From Elusimicrobiota bacterium (lineage in GTDB: Bacteria > Elusimicrobiota > Elusimicrobia > UBA1565 > UBA9628), in the NCBI GenBank assembly GCA_027451985.1, contig DAIDHS010000014.1:1748-65747 (forward strand): a stretch of DNA of 64,000 bases, in the 5' to 3' direction. The notes beneath the pieces were generated by a model. It was not told where the DNA came from. It did no database searches and saw nothing but the letters and a program-made list of their open reading frames with translations. Below, piece after piece: positions 9,903 through 19,331 of this stretch; positions within the stretch are counted from its first letter, which is position 1; each line of letters opens with the position of its first letter. Position numbers and translations under genes: made by a program.

Positions 9903-12057
9903 ACGCTCCGCCTTGGACTTTCAACTCGTCGTGGGTGCCGCGCTCGACCGTGCGGCCTTCCTCGAGCACGATGATTTCGTCCGCATCGCGCACGGTGCTA
10001 AGTCGGTGCGCGATGATGATGCAGGTGCAGCCGCGGCGGCGCAGGTTCTCGTCGATAGTTTTCTCCGTCACTGTGTCTAAGGCGCTGGTGGCCTCGTCCA
10101 AGACCAGCACGCGCGGGTTCAAGACCAAGGCGCGCGCGATTTCCAGGCGCTGGCGCTGGCCGCCGCTCAAATTGGCGCCGCCCTCCTCCAAAATCGCGTC
10201 GTAGCCGCCGACGCGCGCCACGATGTCGTTGTGGATGCAGGCGTCCTTGGCCGCGGCGACCATCTGTTCCTCGGGCACGGTGTCGTCCCAGAGGGTCAAG
10301 TTGTCTCGCACCGTCCCGGCGAAGAGCGCGATGTCTTGATCCACCAAGGCCACGGAGTTGGCCAGGATCTCGCGCGGAATGCTCGCGCGCGGCGTCCCGT
10401 CGAAAAGAATTTCCCCGCTCCAGGGCGGGTAGAGGCCCGTGACGATTTTGGAGATGGTCGACTTGCCGCAGCCGCTGGGGCCCACCAGCGCCACGCGGCT
10501 TCCGGGCTTCAACGACAGGCTGAAGTCCTCGATAAGCGGTTCCGAGAGCCGAGAGTAGCCGAAGCTCACGCCGCGCAACTCGACCTGGCCGGAGAGCTTG
10601 GCCGCGGGCGCGGCGCCGGATTTCTGCGCCGCCTCGTCCGCCGCCACATCCGCGTCCACAGGATAGGCCATGACGTCGTCAAGGCGGTTCATGTCGCCCT
10701 CGAATTCCTGGAAGGTGCCCATGAGCGCCACGCAGCGGTTGACCGGCTCGATGAAGCTGGCCATGAGGCTTTGGAAAGCGACCAAGAGGCCCAGAGTCAT
10801 GTGCCCGCGCATCACGCTCAAGCCTCCGAAAGCCAGGACCGCGGCCGTGGCCAGGGCCTGCAAAAGCGGCGGAATCTGTAGAAAGGGCTGCGTGACTTCG
10901 TTCAACTGCATGGTGAAGCTCACCAGCTTGGCCTGGTAACCGGCCCAAGTGGAGAAGAAATCCGACTCTCCCCCGGTCGCCTTCAGGGTCTCGATTGCCT
11001 GGAGCCCTCCCATGGACACGCCCATGAGCTTGCCCTGCTCGCGCACAAGGCGGCGGTTGCCGTCCACGCGCTTTCGCTGGATGGCGCGCGCGGCCGCGTA
11101 GTTGGCGCCCAGGGCGCCGACGGCGACCAAGGTCAAGAGCGGATTGATGGCGAACATCAGGGCGGCGTAGAAGATCACCATGACCGCGTCGACCGCGGCG
11201 CCGGCCATGTCCGCGGCCATGATGTGGGCCAGGCGCTTGTTGATGGCCACGCGGTTGGCGATGTCGCCTCCGAAGCGCTGGGAGTAGAAGTCCACGGGCA
11301 GGCGCAACACGTGCCATAGGAACTTGCCCGAGCCCGAAACCGAGAGCTTGGTCTCCAGGCGGTTGAGATAGTGCTTCTGCAACCAGGTGAGCGCACCGCG
11401 CATGACGGCGGTGATGAGCATGCCTAGAAGAAGGGGCTTGATCCAGTCCGTCATCTGGAGCACGAGGTAGTCATCTACGAAAATGCGGATGAATGTCGGG
11501 ATGACCAAGCCCGGCACTACCAGGGCCAGGCCCGCGATGACGATGTAGGAAAGCGCCTTCTTAGAGGACTCCATGCGCTGGCGCAGGCCCGGCCACAAGG
11601 AGGGCTTCACGCCGCCTTTCTTGAACTCGGGCCCCGGCTTAAAGGCCAGCGTCACGCCTGTGAAACACTCGTCGAACTCCTCATCCGAAACCGTCCGCGG
11701 CCCGGCCGCCGGATCGGCGAGATAGACGACGCCTTTACCGAAGCCCTCGACCACCAGGAAATGGTTGAAATTCCAGAAGACGATGAGCGGCATATCCATT
11801 TGGCGAAGTTCGGCGGGCTCCTTGCGGTAGCCCGTGGCCTCTAATCCATAAGTCCGCGCCGCGCGCAGGATGTTGCGCGCGTTGCTGCCGTCGCGCGAAA
11901 CGCCGCAGGCCTTGCGCAGTTCCTCGAGCGGGACGTAGCGCCCGAAATAGCCCAACACCATGGCCAAGGACGCGGCGCCGCACTCGACCGCCTCCATCTG
12001 CAGGACCGTCGGGACGCGGGCCCGGCGGAAGCTTTCGGATAATTTCAGGAGAGACAC
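9877..12057 (-). CDS. C39 peptidase-domain bacteriocin/lanthipeptide ABC transporter (LanT-like, double-glycine leader protease + exporter)
   Basis: 726 aa. N-terminal C39 domain with catalytic Cys in MEAVECGAASLAMVLGYFG, a permease domain, Walker A GPSGCGKST, LSGGQRQR, LVLDEATSALD. Confidence 0.85.
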   Translation of the reverse strand: MSLLKLSESFRRARVPTVLQMEAVECGAASLAMVLGYFGRYVPLEELRKACGVSRDGSNARNILRAARTYGLEATGYRKEPAELRQMDMPLIVFWNFNHFLVVEGFGKGVVYLADPAAGPRTVSDEEFDECFTGVTLAFKPGPEFKKGGVKPSLWPGLRQRMESSKKALSYIVIAGLALVVPGLVIPTFIRIFVDDYLVLQMTDWIKPLLLGMLITAVMRGALTWLQKHYLNRLETKLSVSGSGKFLWHVLRLPVDFYSQRFGGDIANRVAINKRLAHIMAADMAGAAVDAVMVIFYAALMFAINPLLTLVAVGALGANYAAARAIQRKRVDGNRRLVREQGKLMGVSMGGLQAIETLKATGGESDFFSTWAGYQAKLVSFTMQLNEVTQPFLQIPPLLQALATAAVLAFGGLSVMRGHMTLGLLVAFQSLMASFIEPVNRCVALMGTFQEFEGDMNRLDDVMAYPVDADVAADEAAQKSGAAPAAKLSGQVELRGVSFGYSRLSEPLIEDFSLSLKPGSRVALVGPSGCGKSTISKIVTGLYPPWSGEILFDGTPRASIPREILANSVALVDQDIALFAGTVRDNLTLWDDTVPEEQMVAAAKDACIHNDIVARVGGYDAILEEGGANLSGGQRQRLEIARALVLNPRVLVLDEATSALDTVTEKTIDENLRRRGCTCIIIAHRLSTVRDADEIIVLEEGRTVERGTHDELKVQGGAYARLAGGQ

Positions 12058-12064
12058 GGGGCGA

Positions 12065-13123
12065 TTAGAGCCCCAGCAGGGACTTCATCGCCGGGATGAC
12101 CAAGGTGATGGGGCGGCGCTTTTTGACGATGACGCGCACGTCGCACATCATGCCCGCCTTGATTTTCTGCTGCGGGCCGTCCGATGAGGACCAGCGGTAG
12201 CCGCTAAAATTATTGGGGTCCGCCTCCAGGGAGATACGCAGGATGTAGGGCGCGCCGCCGGAGGTGAGTTCCTGATCGAGGATATTGTTGCGGGTCAACT
12301 CGAAAATCATCTGCTCACGCGCGGGGAACTCGGAGACATAATAGACTTGGCCCTTCAAGTAGCCGTACTCTTCCTTCTTGATCGTGCGCGGCGAGACCTC
12401 CGCGGCCATGCCGGGCTTGGCCTGGTTGCCCACGCTCGGGATAAAGGCGATGGCGTTCAAAGACTGCTTCTCGCTGAAATAGGTCATGAGGAAAGCGCCT
12501 TTTTGGATGAGCGTGCCAGGCGAGGTCATGACTTCCACGATGCGCCCGCTCTTGGGCGCGATCACGTCCGTGGCTTCCTTCAACTCCATGCCGTTCAAGG
12601 CCAGCTGATTCTGGAGGGACTTGAGCTGGCTTTTGGCCTGGGCAAGGTTCTGCTTGGCGTTCTCCAGCACGTCTGGCGCGATGAGCCCCCCCTGCAGGGC
12701 CACCCGCATGGAGTCGACCTGGCGCTGCAGGCTACGCATGTGTTCCTGCGTGGCCGCGATCTTCTGGCTGATTTCCGCGTTCGAGCGGGCGCCGCGCTGC
12801 GCCATGTTGCTCTGATCCAGCGTCGCGACGACTTGTCCCTTTGTTACTGCGTCGCCTTCGCTGACGAAAATCTGCTTGACGATTCCGGTCCCGGGCGAGT
12901 AGATATTGTCCACGCCGCGGGGCGGCATGATGATGGCGGGACCGGAAATCGTCGTGGGAATGCTGCCGAAGACGGACCAGATGAGCGCTAAAGCGATGAG
13001 TCCGCAGAGCGTCCACAGGGCATACCAGCCCTTGGGTGTGGTCACCTGCATCAGGTAGTCTAGTTGCTCGGGAGAGGAGAGGCGTTCCAGAGAGGTTTTT
13101 CTAAAGATTTCCTGCTCGGCCAT
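12065..13123 (-). CDS. HlyD-family membrane fusion / NHLM bacteriocin secretion protein
   Basis: 352 aa. An N-terminal TM helix (WYALWTLCGLIALALIWSVF), a long coiled-coil (LQRQVDSMRVALQ...LKSLQNQLALN) and a C-terminal beta-barrel domain. Confidence 0.8.
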   Translation of the reverse strand: MAEQEIFRKTSLERLSSPEQLDYLMQVTTPKGWYALWTLCGLIALALIWSVFGSIPTTISGPAIIMPPRGVDNIYSPGTGIVKQIFVSEGDAVTKGQVVATLDQSNMAQRGARSNAEISQKIAATQEHMRSLQRQVDSMRVALQGGLIAPDVLENAKQNLAQAKSQLKSLQNQLALNGMELKEATDVIAPKSGRIVEVMTSPGTLIQKGAFLMTYFSEKQSLNAIAFIPSVGNQAKPGMAAEVSPRTIKKEEYGYLKGQVYYVSEFPAREQMIFELTRNNILDQELTSGGAPYILRISLEADPNNFSGYRWSSSDGPQQKIKAGMMCDVRVIVKKRRPITLVIPAMKSLLGL

Positions 13124-13155
13124 GAATGGAAAATTTTAACACAAAAGCGGGCGGC

Positions 13156-16100
13156 TCAAGCGAAGATTTCGACCTCGGGGAGTCCCTTTTGCAAAAAACG
13201 CGCGGCCGCGTAGCCGACGCCCGATTGACCCTGAAAAAATCCAGGGGTGGGCAGGCCCGCATCGAAGCCCAGGCGCAGGGCGCCTCGCTCGGTGCGGGAC
13301 GCCACGAGCGCGATGTCTCGCCGCGCCCACCGCGCCAAATTATCGTCTTTAAGAGCCTCTGCGGCGCGCTTTAAAAAAAGAGCGACGCCCACCTTGCCGC
13401 AGCACAAGTGATCGACGGGAGGCTCATCCGCGTGGCGCCAAGCCGCCGTGGCGGCTTGGCGCACGCTCAGCGAAAAATCGACACCCAGAAGCCGGCCCGT
13501 TTCCAAAAGCCCAAGACCCACGCCCGCCGCTCCGCCGCACCAGCTGGAGACAAAGCGCGGTTTGTCTCCCTGCCCGAAATCGCGCCAGTCCGGCCAGCCG
13601 CCCGCCTCGGCGTCGTAGCGCGCGGCGCAAAGCTCGGCCAAGTCGCGGGCCGCGGCGGCCCACGGGCCACCGCGCTTGGCCATGCGCGCGCAGACGTAGG
13701 CCGCGCCCGCCGCGCCGTGCGCTAAGCCCAATTCCGGACGCGCGTTTCGGCGCGACGCGGCCGCGCTGAAGAGCTCCCGGCTCGCCGCCAGAAATTCTTT
13801 CGAGAGCTCCTCGCGGCGACGCTCGATTTCGCCCGCGAGCGCGGCGGGAAGCCCCTGCGGCAGGACCTCCAGCGCCAAAAGAGCGCCCGGGATTCCCCCC
13901 AGCAGGTCCGCTCGGCGCGCGTCCTCCAGAGACAGGTATTTGGGCGAAAGCGCCGCCGCCAGATGGGCCGCGTCCAGGACTAGAGATTCATCTTTCAGGA
14001 TGCGGCCGATAGCCGATAAGCCGTAGGGCAAGGAGGCCGCGCCCGTGCCCACGCCCAGGCCCATGATGCGCACCATCCGCTCCATGCCGTATCGCTGCGC
14101 GTCGCGGGCGGCGAGCTTGGCCGTGGCCAGGGCCGTGCGGCGGGCGCGCTCGTGCCCCCCGACGGCGTGGGCCGCGGCCAGGAAAAGGGAAATGCCCATC
14201 GCCCCGTCGAAAAGCCGGCCGCCCACGGGACCGTACTGCCAGTTGCGCGAACGTTCGTCGTAGCACAGGGACAGCCACCAAGCCTCGTCGTTTTCCGCCA
14301 TCAGGGCGCCGTCTAAGATGCCGTCGGCCAGGCGTAAAATCACGCTCTTAAGCGTCTCCGGCGAGGCGTCGGCCTCTTCGGCGCCCTCCGGAGCGGACTT
14401 CCCCTGCGCCGCTTTGGGCATAAAAAAGCTCGCGCGCAGGAACTGCCTTTGCCGGGATAAATCAGGCTCGCCCAGCGCGGACAAGCGCCCGCGGACCAGG
14501 TCCAGCGGCGCTTCGTTCATCGTCAGAATCCGCCGCCCGCCGCAAGACGCGTACGCCCGGCCCGGCGCCGTTTTAAAAACCGGAACGTCCCGGTAAGACA
14601 ACGTCGCGATTTCCTCAACGGCGCACAAGCCGAGGCCCCGCCGCTCTTCCTCGTCTTCCACGCCGGAGAGCGCCCGCCACAAGGGCTCGAACACCAAGCC
14701 ATGGGCCGCGCCGTCCTTGAGCGCCGCGGGCTCCAGAGACTTTTGCAGCAGGTGGGCGTAGACCTTGGTGTTGCGCAGGATAAAGCGGGTCGGGATATCC
14801 CGGAGAGGCTCGAGCGCGGCGGAAGCGGCTTCGCGGATCTCGGGATGCAGAGCCTGGCCATAGGCCTCGGTAAAGCCCGTTTCGATGTCGTCTAGATAAT
14901 CGGCCGCGGCGACGGGCCGGCCGTTTAAAAGCGGTTTGTTCGCGCTGGGCGGGGCGGCCGTCCGGACCTTGGCCACGCGCATGCGGTCGCGGTTGGGAAA
15001 TTGCCACGCCAGGACTTCTCCCGATTCGCCCGCGCTTCCCCCCGCCAATCCGCTCGACTCCAAAACCCGGTCGCCGCCCAAAAACTCGTAGCGGGGCAGA
15101 AGCGCCGTGCGCACGACCGATTCAAAGAAGAAGCGGTGCAGCGCCAAGTTGGACGCGCCAAAGGCGTCCGCTCCCATACGCGGCCTCGGGCAGCACACGG
15201 TCTCCAAATCGATGGGATAAGGCCCCGCGGCGGTCGCGACGATGTTCTCGTGATGCAGGTCCGAGGCGCCCAGCAGGTACATGTGGAAGAGCAGCTCTCC
15301 CGCCGCCTTGAAATATCTCCGGACTTCGACCTCGGTTTTAAAATCGGCGCGGCGGGCAAATTCGCAGTAGCCGTAGCCGTCGCGGCCCAGTACGCGCAGG
15401 CGACCTAAGCTTGAGGCAAAACCCGCGGCGCCGATGCCGTCCAAGTAGGCGCCAAACCACGCCTCGGCCGCCAATGATTTGGGCTTATAAAGGAAGCGTG
15501 CGCCGCCTTCCGATTCCAGCACGGCCACGGTCTTTCCGCCCTCGTGCGGATCCGAGACGCCGAATTGGACGTGCCGCGCGCGCGCGGGCGCGCCTCCCAC
15601 GACGAAGAGCCGGACGACTTCCGGCCAATCCTCGGTCAAACGGGAAACGAACAGGGTCATGTTCCTGCGCCAATTTTCCAGCAAAACGGCCATGACGCGC
15701 AGAAGGACCGGGTATTCCCCGAAGAAAGCCCGGAAGCCGTCTTCCTGAAATTTAAGGATGAAGGCGCGGAAAGCGGCGTCTGACTCCGCGTCGAAACCGG
15801 AGAGGCTTTCGCCCTCCAGGTTTTTAAAAACGGCGAACTCAGCCGCGAGGCAATAGGCCGAAACGCCGCACAAGTTGTTGAGTAGATCGTGCCGTAAATC
15901 GTCCCAGGCCTCCGCCGCCAGCGGAGCCTCGGGAACAGCCGCCGCGCAAGAGCTCTGAAGACGCGCAAGCTCGTGATGCGTCAGGGCCGACCAGACGGGG
16001 CCAAACGCCACGTCCGCGTCGGGCAAAACGGCTCCGCTTTGCGAATTTCTCAGCACGCCGGAGAAAAACTCGACGATGTCCACAGCTGCGGGGACCCAGC

Positions 16101-16299
16101 GTTCGTCATCAGGAGGCGATCCGCCGAAGGCTTTGCGCTGTTCCAAAAGTCCGGGAGTGAGCGGATCGATGGCCACGCGCCATGCCTCCACGTCCAGGCC
16201 CCGCGCGCCGTCGGCCGAAAGCCGCTCGGACAAAAGGCGCGCTTTGGGTAGAAGCGCCTGAACGAAGGCTTCCGGCGGGGCGAAGGACGCGGCGCTCAC
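13156..16299 (-). CDS. class II lanthipeptide synthetase LanM (ProcM-like, CCG zinc motif)
   Basis: The DUF4135 dehydratase domain carries the conserved DLHHENIV. The C-terminal LanC-like cyclase has GLAHGAAG, SWCGGAAG (WCxG) and HLCCGKVG (CCG instead of CHG). The start is set at the GTG overlapping the upstream TGA stop (GTGA at 16296-16299); the first 207 codons of ORF 13156..16917 overlap the JmjC gene in another frame and hold no Met. Confidence 0.85.
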   Translation of the reverse strand: MSAASFAPPEAFVQALLPKARLLSERLSADGARGLDVEAWRVAIDPLTPGLLEQRKAFGGSPPDDERWVPAAVDIVEFFSGVLRNSQSGAVLPDADVAFGPVWSALTHHELARLQSSCAAAVPEAPLAAEAWDDLRHDLLNNLCGVSAYCLAAEFAVFKNLEGESLSGFDAESDAAFRAFILKFQEDGFRAFFGEYPVLLRVMAVLLENWRRNMTLFVSRLTEDWPEVVRLFVVGGAPARARHVQFGVSDPHEGGKTVAVLESEGGARFLYKPKSLAAEAWFGAYLDGIGAAGFASSLGRLRVLGRDGYGYCEFARRADFKTEVEVRRYFKAAGELLFHMYLLGASDLHHENIVATAAGPYPIDLETVCCPRPRMGADAFGASNLALHRFFFESVVRTALLPRYEFLGGDRVLESSGLAGGSAGESGEVLAWQFPNRDRMRVAKVRTAAPPSANKPLLNGRPVAAADYLDDIETGFTEAYGQALHPEIREAASAALEPLRDIPTRFILRNTKVYAHLLQKSLEPAALKDGAAHGLVFEPLWRALSGVEDEEERRGLGLCAVEEIATLSYRDVPVFKTAPGRAYASCGGRRILTMNEAPLDLVRGRLSALGEPDLSRQRQFLRASFFMPKAAQGKSAPEGAEEADASPETLKSVILRLADGILDGALMAENDEAWWLSLCYDERSRNWQYGPVGGRLFDGAMGISLFLAAAHAVGGHERARRTALATAKLAARDAQRYGMERMVRIMGLGVGTGAASLPYGLSAIGRILKDESLVLDAAHLAAALSPKYLSLEDARRADLLGGIPGALLALEVLPQGLPAALAGEIERRREELSKEFLAASRELFSAAASRRNARPELGLAHGAAGAAYVCARMAKRGGPWAAAARDLAELCAARYDAEAGGWPDWRDFGQGDKPRFVSSWCGGAAGVGLGLLETGRLLGVDFSLSVRQAATAAWRHADEPPVDHLCCGKVGVALFLKRAAEALKDDNLARWARRDIALVASRTERGALRLGFDAGLPTPGFFQGQSGVGYAAARFLQKGLPEVEIFA

Positions 16300-17027
16300 G
16301 CCTCCTCCCGGCGCAGACGCCACGCCTGCGGGTCGTCCGCGATCGCATCCAGAAATGCGGAGAGGTTCGTGTGGTTGACGAAGTTGAAGCTCAAAGTCAC
16401 GGAAGGCTCGAGGCTGCGCGCGGAGTGCACCTGCCCGGCGGGCACGAGCAGCACGTCGCCGGGCTCCAGATCCGCTCTCTTGACCGCGGACCGCGCCTTT
16501 TCTCCGGCCGGGCCGTGCAGGCTTACGCACTTGCGGCCGATGATTTGCGCGAGCCAGGCGTGCGTGGAAAACAAATCCGTGTGCGGCAAAGTCTCGGTCC
16601 CTGCGGGGCCGATGAAAAGCCAGCCGAACTTCTTCAAATACCACTCCTTGTCCGCGGGGGAGCGGAAATCGAGCAGCGTGCGGCAGAACTCCGGAAAAGC
16701 GAAGTCCTCCAGCAGCTCGGGGTGCTTCGCGAAAGGAGAATATTGCAGGGTATACCAGCGCGGCTCGCTCTCGGGTCCGGCGCCGCCTAAAATCCAATCG
16801 ATGAAGCCGGCCAGAAGCACTTTCTTGCCGCGCTTGGTTCCGCCGATGTTGTCGCCCACGACCAACTCGTCTTGCCCCAGCGCCTCGCGCAAAAAATCCC
16901 AGGTCCAGCGCCCGCACGCCCGCCAGTGCTTGGCGTAGCCTTTAAAGAGCGCCGGCGCGCCCGGAGAAGCGAGCAGCGCGCGCTCGGCCTCCTCTGCGGA
17001 AATGCCCTCTTTGAAAACGCGGATCAT
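16296..17027 (-). CDS. JmjC/cupin-type Fe(II)/2-oxoglutarate-dependent oxygenase (putative peptide hydroxylase)
   Basis: 243 aa from the internal Met MIRVFKEG. An HxD...H triad is visible (LPHTDLFSTHAW ... AGQVHSA) in a beta-roll context. ATGA overlap with the upstream gene; its stop overlaps the LanM GTG. Confidence 0.6.
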   Translation of the reverse strand: MIRVFKEGISAEEAERALLASPGAPALFKGYAKHWRACGRWTWDFLREALGQDELVVGDNIGGTKRGKKVLLAGFIDWILGGAGPESEPRWYTLQYSPFAKHPELLEDFAFPEFCRTLLDFRSPADKEWYLKKFGWLFIGPAGTETLPHTDLFSTHAWLAQIIGRKCVSLHGPAGEKARSAVKRADLEPGDVLLVPAGQVHSARSLEPSVTLSFNFVNHTNLSAFLDAIADDPQAWRLRREEA

Positions 17028-17926
17028 GACGGCGCGGCGGCGGAAAGGGCGGAGCGGCGGCGGATCTCCGCCCCGAAGCGATCCGTCAAGACGCCCGAGA
17101 GCCTCTCCAGCAGCCGGTCGCACAGATCTCGCGGAGTGTAGCCCGAAATGCGCGAGAGGCTGATGCCGATGAACCGGCAGTCCATATCCGAGCTTTTAAG
17201 CCACGCGGCGAAGCGATCCAGGCGCGCGAAGGCTTCCTCGTCCGTGGCCGTGCGGCCCTCGCCGCGCCCCTCCGAACGACCGAAGACCAGCAGGTGCCGT
17301 CCGTCGGGCGAGATCGTGGGGCTGACCGGAGCGCCGGGGGAAATGCGCAGAAGATGATACGGGTTGCTCTTAAAGCTTTCAAACTCGCCCGCGGTGACCT
17401 CAAGAGCGACCGGAGCGCGGTCCGGAGTCAGGTTGCAGGAGAAATAGTCCAGGCAGACGTCGAGCGCGACCGGGCCTTGCGGGCGGATGTCGGAAAGAGC
17501 CTTGACCCGAGCGAAGCGCGCCTGGGCGGCGTCCGGCTTGCCTTCCAATTCGGGCGGCAGCGGCCCTTTGGCCCAGACCATGGCGCGGCGCGCCGGATCA
17601 GTCGTGAAAACGCAGACCGGGCCGTCGTAGGGGATCGTGGCCTCGTGCTCGCGGTGCCACCACACCTCGCCGAAGAGGCCGTGAAGCATGGCCGGCCAGA
17701 TGAAGTTGGCGATGTTGAGCTCCTTCAAGACGAAGGCGCGTGTCTCCGCGAGGCCCGCTTCCGGCTTGAGCATCGGGCCCTGCAGCGTGGGCAAGTCCAT
17801 GTCCGAGTGCTCGTCGATGTGGACCAAGGAACTGCCCCGCGCGGGAAGGACGCCCCTGACGGCGGCCTCCTTCCAGAAGTAGAACGCCTCGTGGTGCTCC
17901 TCGAAAACGACGCAGGAGACGGGCAT
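17024..17926 (-). CDS. UPF0489-like (C5orf22-like) domain protein, function unknown
   Basis: 300 aa from MPVSCVVFEEHHEAFYFW. The motif block VFEEHHE...LVHIDEHSDMD resembles UPF0489 as I recall it, with low certainty. TGATG overlap with the upstream GNAT. Confidence 0.4.
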   Translation of the reverse strand: MPVSCVVFEEHHEAFYFWKEAAVRGVLPARGSSLVHIDEHSDMDLPTLQGPMLKPEAGLAETRAFVLKELNIANFIWPAMLHGLFGEVWWHREHEATIPYDGPVCVFTTDPARRAMVWAKGPLPPELEGKPDAAQARFARVKALSDIRPQGPVALDVCLDYFSCNLTPDRAPVALEVTAGEFESFKSNPYHLLRISPGAPVSPTISPDGRHLLVFGRSEGRGEGRTATDEEAFARLDRFAAWLKSSDMDCRFIGISLSRISGYTPRDLCDRLLERLSGVLTDRFGAEIRRRSALSAAAPS

Positions 17927-18858
17927 CAGCTCCGCGCGGGGGCGAGCAGGACTTCGAGCCCGCGCAAAGTCCAGGTCCTGTCCAGGCAGGGCACCAAGTG
18001 CTTGTTCAAGGAGCGCAGCCACTCGGGATATTCCAGCGGCACGTCGAACTCGGCGCAGCTGGGCGAACCTTTTTTCAAAAACATCTGGTAATGCGCGTTC
18101 ATGGCCGCGCGCAGGAGAAGCACGGCCGCGGCGCGGTGGCGCGAGGCGAAGTCCGGCTCGACCCAGAACTTGGTGTAGTAGAGCGTGTCCGGCTTCTCCG
18201 CGAAGCGGTGGGTCGCGAACCAGCCCTTGGCCTCGTCGCCCGCAAACAGCATCTGGCTCGTCTCCCAGTCGAGCTCACTTTGCCTAAAGCGCACGCCCAG
18301 GTGGGCCGGACCCCCGGCGCGCGAACCCCGCTCGATGGGGTCAAGCCCCTCGACGCGGGCTTTGGCCCAGGAAATCACGCGCCAATCGGCGGTCGAGGAT
18401 TCCCCCGCCCCCTTGGCCCAGCGCGGGATGTTCGCGATGCGGCTCTGTCCGAAGAAGATGCGCGTAAAAGGCGTCCCGTAGCCCGCCTTGATGATGGTCT
18501 TTTCCGCGGCTTCCAAGCCCGTGATGCGGCTGCCGTAATTCAAGGAAAGCCGCTCAAGATCAGGGGCGCGGGAAAGCTCTTCCCTCAAGCGGCGCAGCAA
18601 CGCGGCGCCGAGGCCTTGCCGGCGATATTCCGGCGCGACGTAGACGGAAAGCAGTTCGGCCCTATGCTCCGCGGCAATGAGACCGGCCAGAGCCAAGCCC
18701 TGCGGCTCGCCGCCTAAAGTCCGCGCGGCCGCGGCCAGCCAGGGAAATTCCTTCTTCGCGGCGCCTTCGGCGTAGGACGGGTAAGTGAGACCGGCCCAAG
18801 GGGCGAAGTCGGCTTCGGCGTTAAGGATGGAAATTTCGGAATCTAAAGCGGCGTTCAC
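17926..18858 (-). CDS. GNAT family N-acetyltransferase with C-terminal extension
   Basis: 310 aa. GNAT motif A is LSVYVAPEYRRQGLGAALLRRL. A C-terminal ~170 aa domain is of unknown function. Confidence 0.55.
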   Translation of the reverse strand: MNAALDSEISILNAEADFAPWAGLTYPSYAEGAAKKEFPWLAAAARTLGGEPQGLALAGLIAAEHRAELLSVYVAPEYRRQGLGAALLRRLREELSRAPDLERLSLNYGSRITGLEAAEKTIIKAGYGTPFTRIFFGQSRIANIPRWAKGAGESSTADWRVISWAKARVEGLDPIERGSRAGGPAHLGVRFRQSELDWETSQMLFAGDEAKGWFATHRFAEKPDTLYYTKFWVEPDFASRHRAAAVLLLRAAMNAHYQMFLKKGSPSCAEFDVPLEYPEWLRSLNKHLVPCLDRTWTLRGLEVLLAPARS

Positions 18859-18950
18859 GGGAGAAATCTCGGATTGGGGCTTTGCGCTCCGGAGCGCGGC
18901 CGAACTGCTCCGCGCCCCGGAGCGATGCCGTTTTAATTTTTCGGCCGAAA

Positions 18951-19268
18951 CTACATGCTCATCATGACGCAGGCCGAGGAGCCGCCGCAGCTCGCGCCGC
19001 AGCGCCCGCCGCCCGCGACTTTCTCAAGCTCGCTGTCCGAGAGCTCGCCGCCCGCCTTAACCAGATCGGGCACCACGACCACCAAGTCCGCGCCGTTGCG
19101 CGCCACGGCCTTGATGTTGAAGCCTTGCGGAAGCTCCTTGCCGGAGACTTCTTTGACCGCCGCGCTGGGGTTTTTGAGCGCCAGCTCGCGGAACTTCGCG
19201 TCCGTCGAAGCCTTGCGCGAGAACGCTTCCAAGGCTTTTTTTTGCTCGTCTTGGGTCCAGGGTTTCAT
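18951..19268 (-). CDS. lanthipeptide precursor A1 with NHLP (nitrile hydratase leader peptide)-type leader
   Basis: 105 aa. The leader is MKPWTQDEQKKALEAF...DAKFRELALKNP...LVVVVPDLVKAGGELSDSELEKVAGG. The predicted core is G-RCGASCGGSSACVMMSM, with 3 Cys and 4 Ser. Confidence 0.8.
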   Translation of the reverse strand: MKPWTQDEQKKALEAFSRKASTDAKFRELALKNPSAAVKEVSGKELPQGFNIKAVARNGADLVVVVPDLVKAGGELSDSELEKVAGGGRCGASCGGSSACVMMSM

Positions 19269-19331
19269 CGTTTTCTCCTTAAGAATAATTTAAACGGCCC
19301 GCCTTTCCTTTATATCGATTTGCAAATGCGC

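Noticed and set aside
13156-16917. Using the full 1253-aa ORF as LanM
   Set aside because: The first 207 codons overlap the JmjC gene in a different frame and contain no Met after the first. A GTG overlapping the JmjC stop gives a LanM of canonical size.
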